Shown here: positions 62,701 to 64,000 of the stretch, in pieces
Numbering within the stretch: the first letter of the stretch is position 1
Layout of the letters: each line of letters begins with the position of its first letter
DNA from: Vicugna vicugna
Taxonomy: Eukaryota
Direction: 5' to 3'
DNA: 64,000 nucleotides
Assembly: GCA_013265495.1 (NCBI GenBank)
Contig: MU057880.1
Location: 836,527 to 900,526 of the forward strand
Made by a program: the position numbers and the translations under genes
Notes under the pieces: generated by a model
Told to the model about the DNA's origin: nothing
The model's database searches: none
The model's input: the letters and a program-made list of their open reading frames with translations, nothing else

Positions 62701-64000
62701 AACGTCCATCCTGTTTTTCCTCTTTCACATAATAATCATTTTTCACAAACCTGAGATAAAAAGAACACTTGGTAAGTAGGGACCCACTGTTACCGGCGAG
62801 GGAAAGACTGACTTCCACAGCCCAGGACGTGATTGCCCACGAGGCCAGGGCCTGGGCAGTCGGGACAACACGCTGGTTCTTTCTCGCCCACACCAAGAAA
62901 AACAGCGTCTGGGGGAATGAGCGCAGGGCCAGTTCCCAAATCCGATTCACCCACCAGGAGCTCACGCCGGCCTCAAAGCCTTTCCACCAGGGCAAGGACC
63001 ATTTTTACGACTTCCTCTAACAAGGAAACACAACAGCAGTGGCTTCCTTGAGCTGACCTCAGGAGCAAACCATGGAAACACAACCTAAAGCCACAGCAAA
63101 AGAACCCAGAGCTCTCTTTGGAGCTGCACTCTGGGCGTTAAAAGAGCACTGGCCCATCTCTCAAGACCATCTGCGGAGTCAAATGACCACGTGCAACACA
63201 ATCACATTTCAGAACTTAACATGACAGAGCCGTCTCAGCTTCAAAAACATCCGATCCAAGCCCCATAAGTTTCCCGTCTTCCCCCAACCTAGACGGTTGT
63301 GTCACTTTTTTCCAAGCATCTTTCAGACAAATCTTACTTAGATCTCTCTTGATCACCAGCAGGAGAGCTGGTCGCAGATCCAAAACTGCGCTCAGAGCCC
63401 TGGAGGAGACCACGCTGGGCTGAGCGAGGCGAGGCTCGGGGAAGTCGGGACCCTGCTCCACCAGCTAAAATCGCGCACGTGTGTTGCCTGCAGTGATCAA
63501 CTTCTCCAATTCAACTGGCTTCCTAAGGATCGCAGTGGACTTAGGTTTTATACATTAAAATTAACAGCATATTACTTGCAATAACAGGAACTACCAGTTA
63601 TTTTAACAAAGAGGAAAAAAGTCTATGAAGAGTTTTCAGTCAAATCAGGCTTCTCCACAAGTGTTATGTGACAATGTAAAAAACTTCAAAGGCTACTTAA
63701 CCTGTAAAGTAAGTTACATCACGAAGGCAACCCAGATTCGCTAGAGCAAAATCTGAAACACCAACAAGAGCGAAGACACAGAGTACGACAAATCTTTCAC
63801 CCACCCCTTGCCACCCACTGTGAACGTGCTGGGGTGCAGTGCCCTGACCTCTCTTCCACACGTCATCAGTCACACGCTCCTATTTGAAATATTATTCGTA
63901 AGTTTGTATATTGTTTTCACTTTCTCTAGAGAGCACCTTCCCATGTGCACATATAAATATATGTACACGTGTGTGGATATATGTGCAAGTGTGTGTATGT

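Noticed and set aside
62528..63020. Protein-like ORFs on both strands and acceptor ttctttttatctcag at about 62751
   Set aside because: No nearby credible donor and no recognisable homology. Not the canonical FNIP2 exon 1.

Overview
Mammalian genomic DNA, most likely camelid (inferred from six tRNA-derived Vic-type SINEs and the style of the L1 3' ends). The whole window lies inside the 5' part of FNIP2 (folliculin-interacting protein 2), transcribed on the minus strand. I resolved coding exons 2-7 (numbered by homology to human, from memory) with GT-AG boundaries and consistent phases: 16492-16618, 13665-13793, 11570-11670, 11393-11464, 9731-9831 and 8044-8115. There is also a 90-nt in-frame cassette exon (9460-9549) and an alternative first coding exon inside intron 1 (37430-37605, MCGG..., splices in frame to exon 2). 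I did not find the canonical first exon or exon 8; they probably lie outside the window. The rest is intron containing L1 fragments, SINEs, an MLT1 LTR, an ERV1-like LTR, DNA-transposon relics and simple repeats. Nearly all ORFs in the supplied track are spurious. I found no convincing wholly new biological system. The best leads are two crossing pairs of reverse-complementary intronic elements bracketing exons 3-7 and 2-7 (candidate competing back-splicing structures), GC-directed amino-acid changes in conserved FNIP motifs, candidate extra 5' exons near 35.1-35.3 kb, and two unusual nested retro-insertions. All homology statements are from recall; no searches were run.
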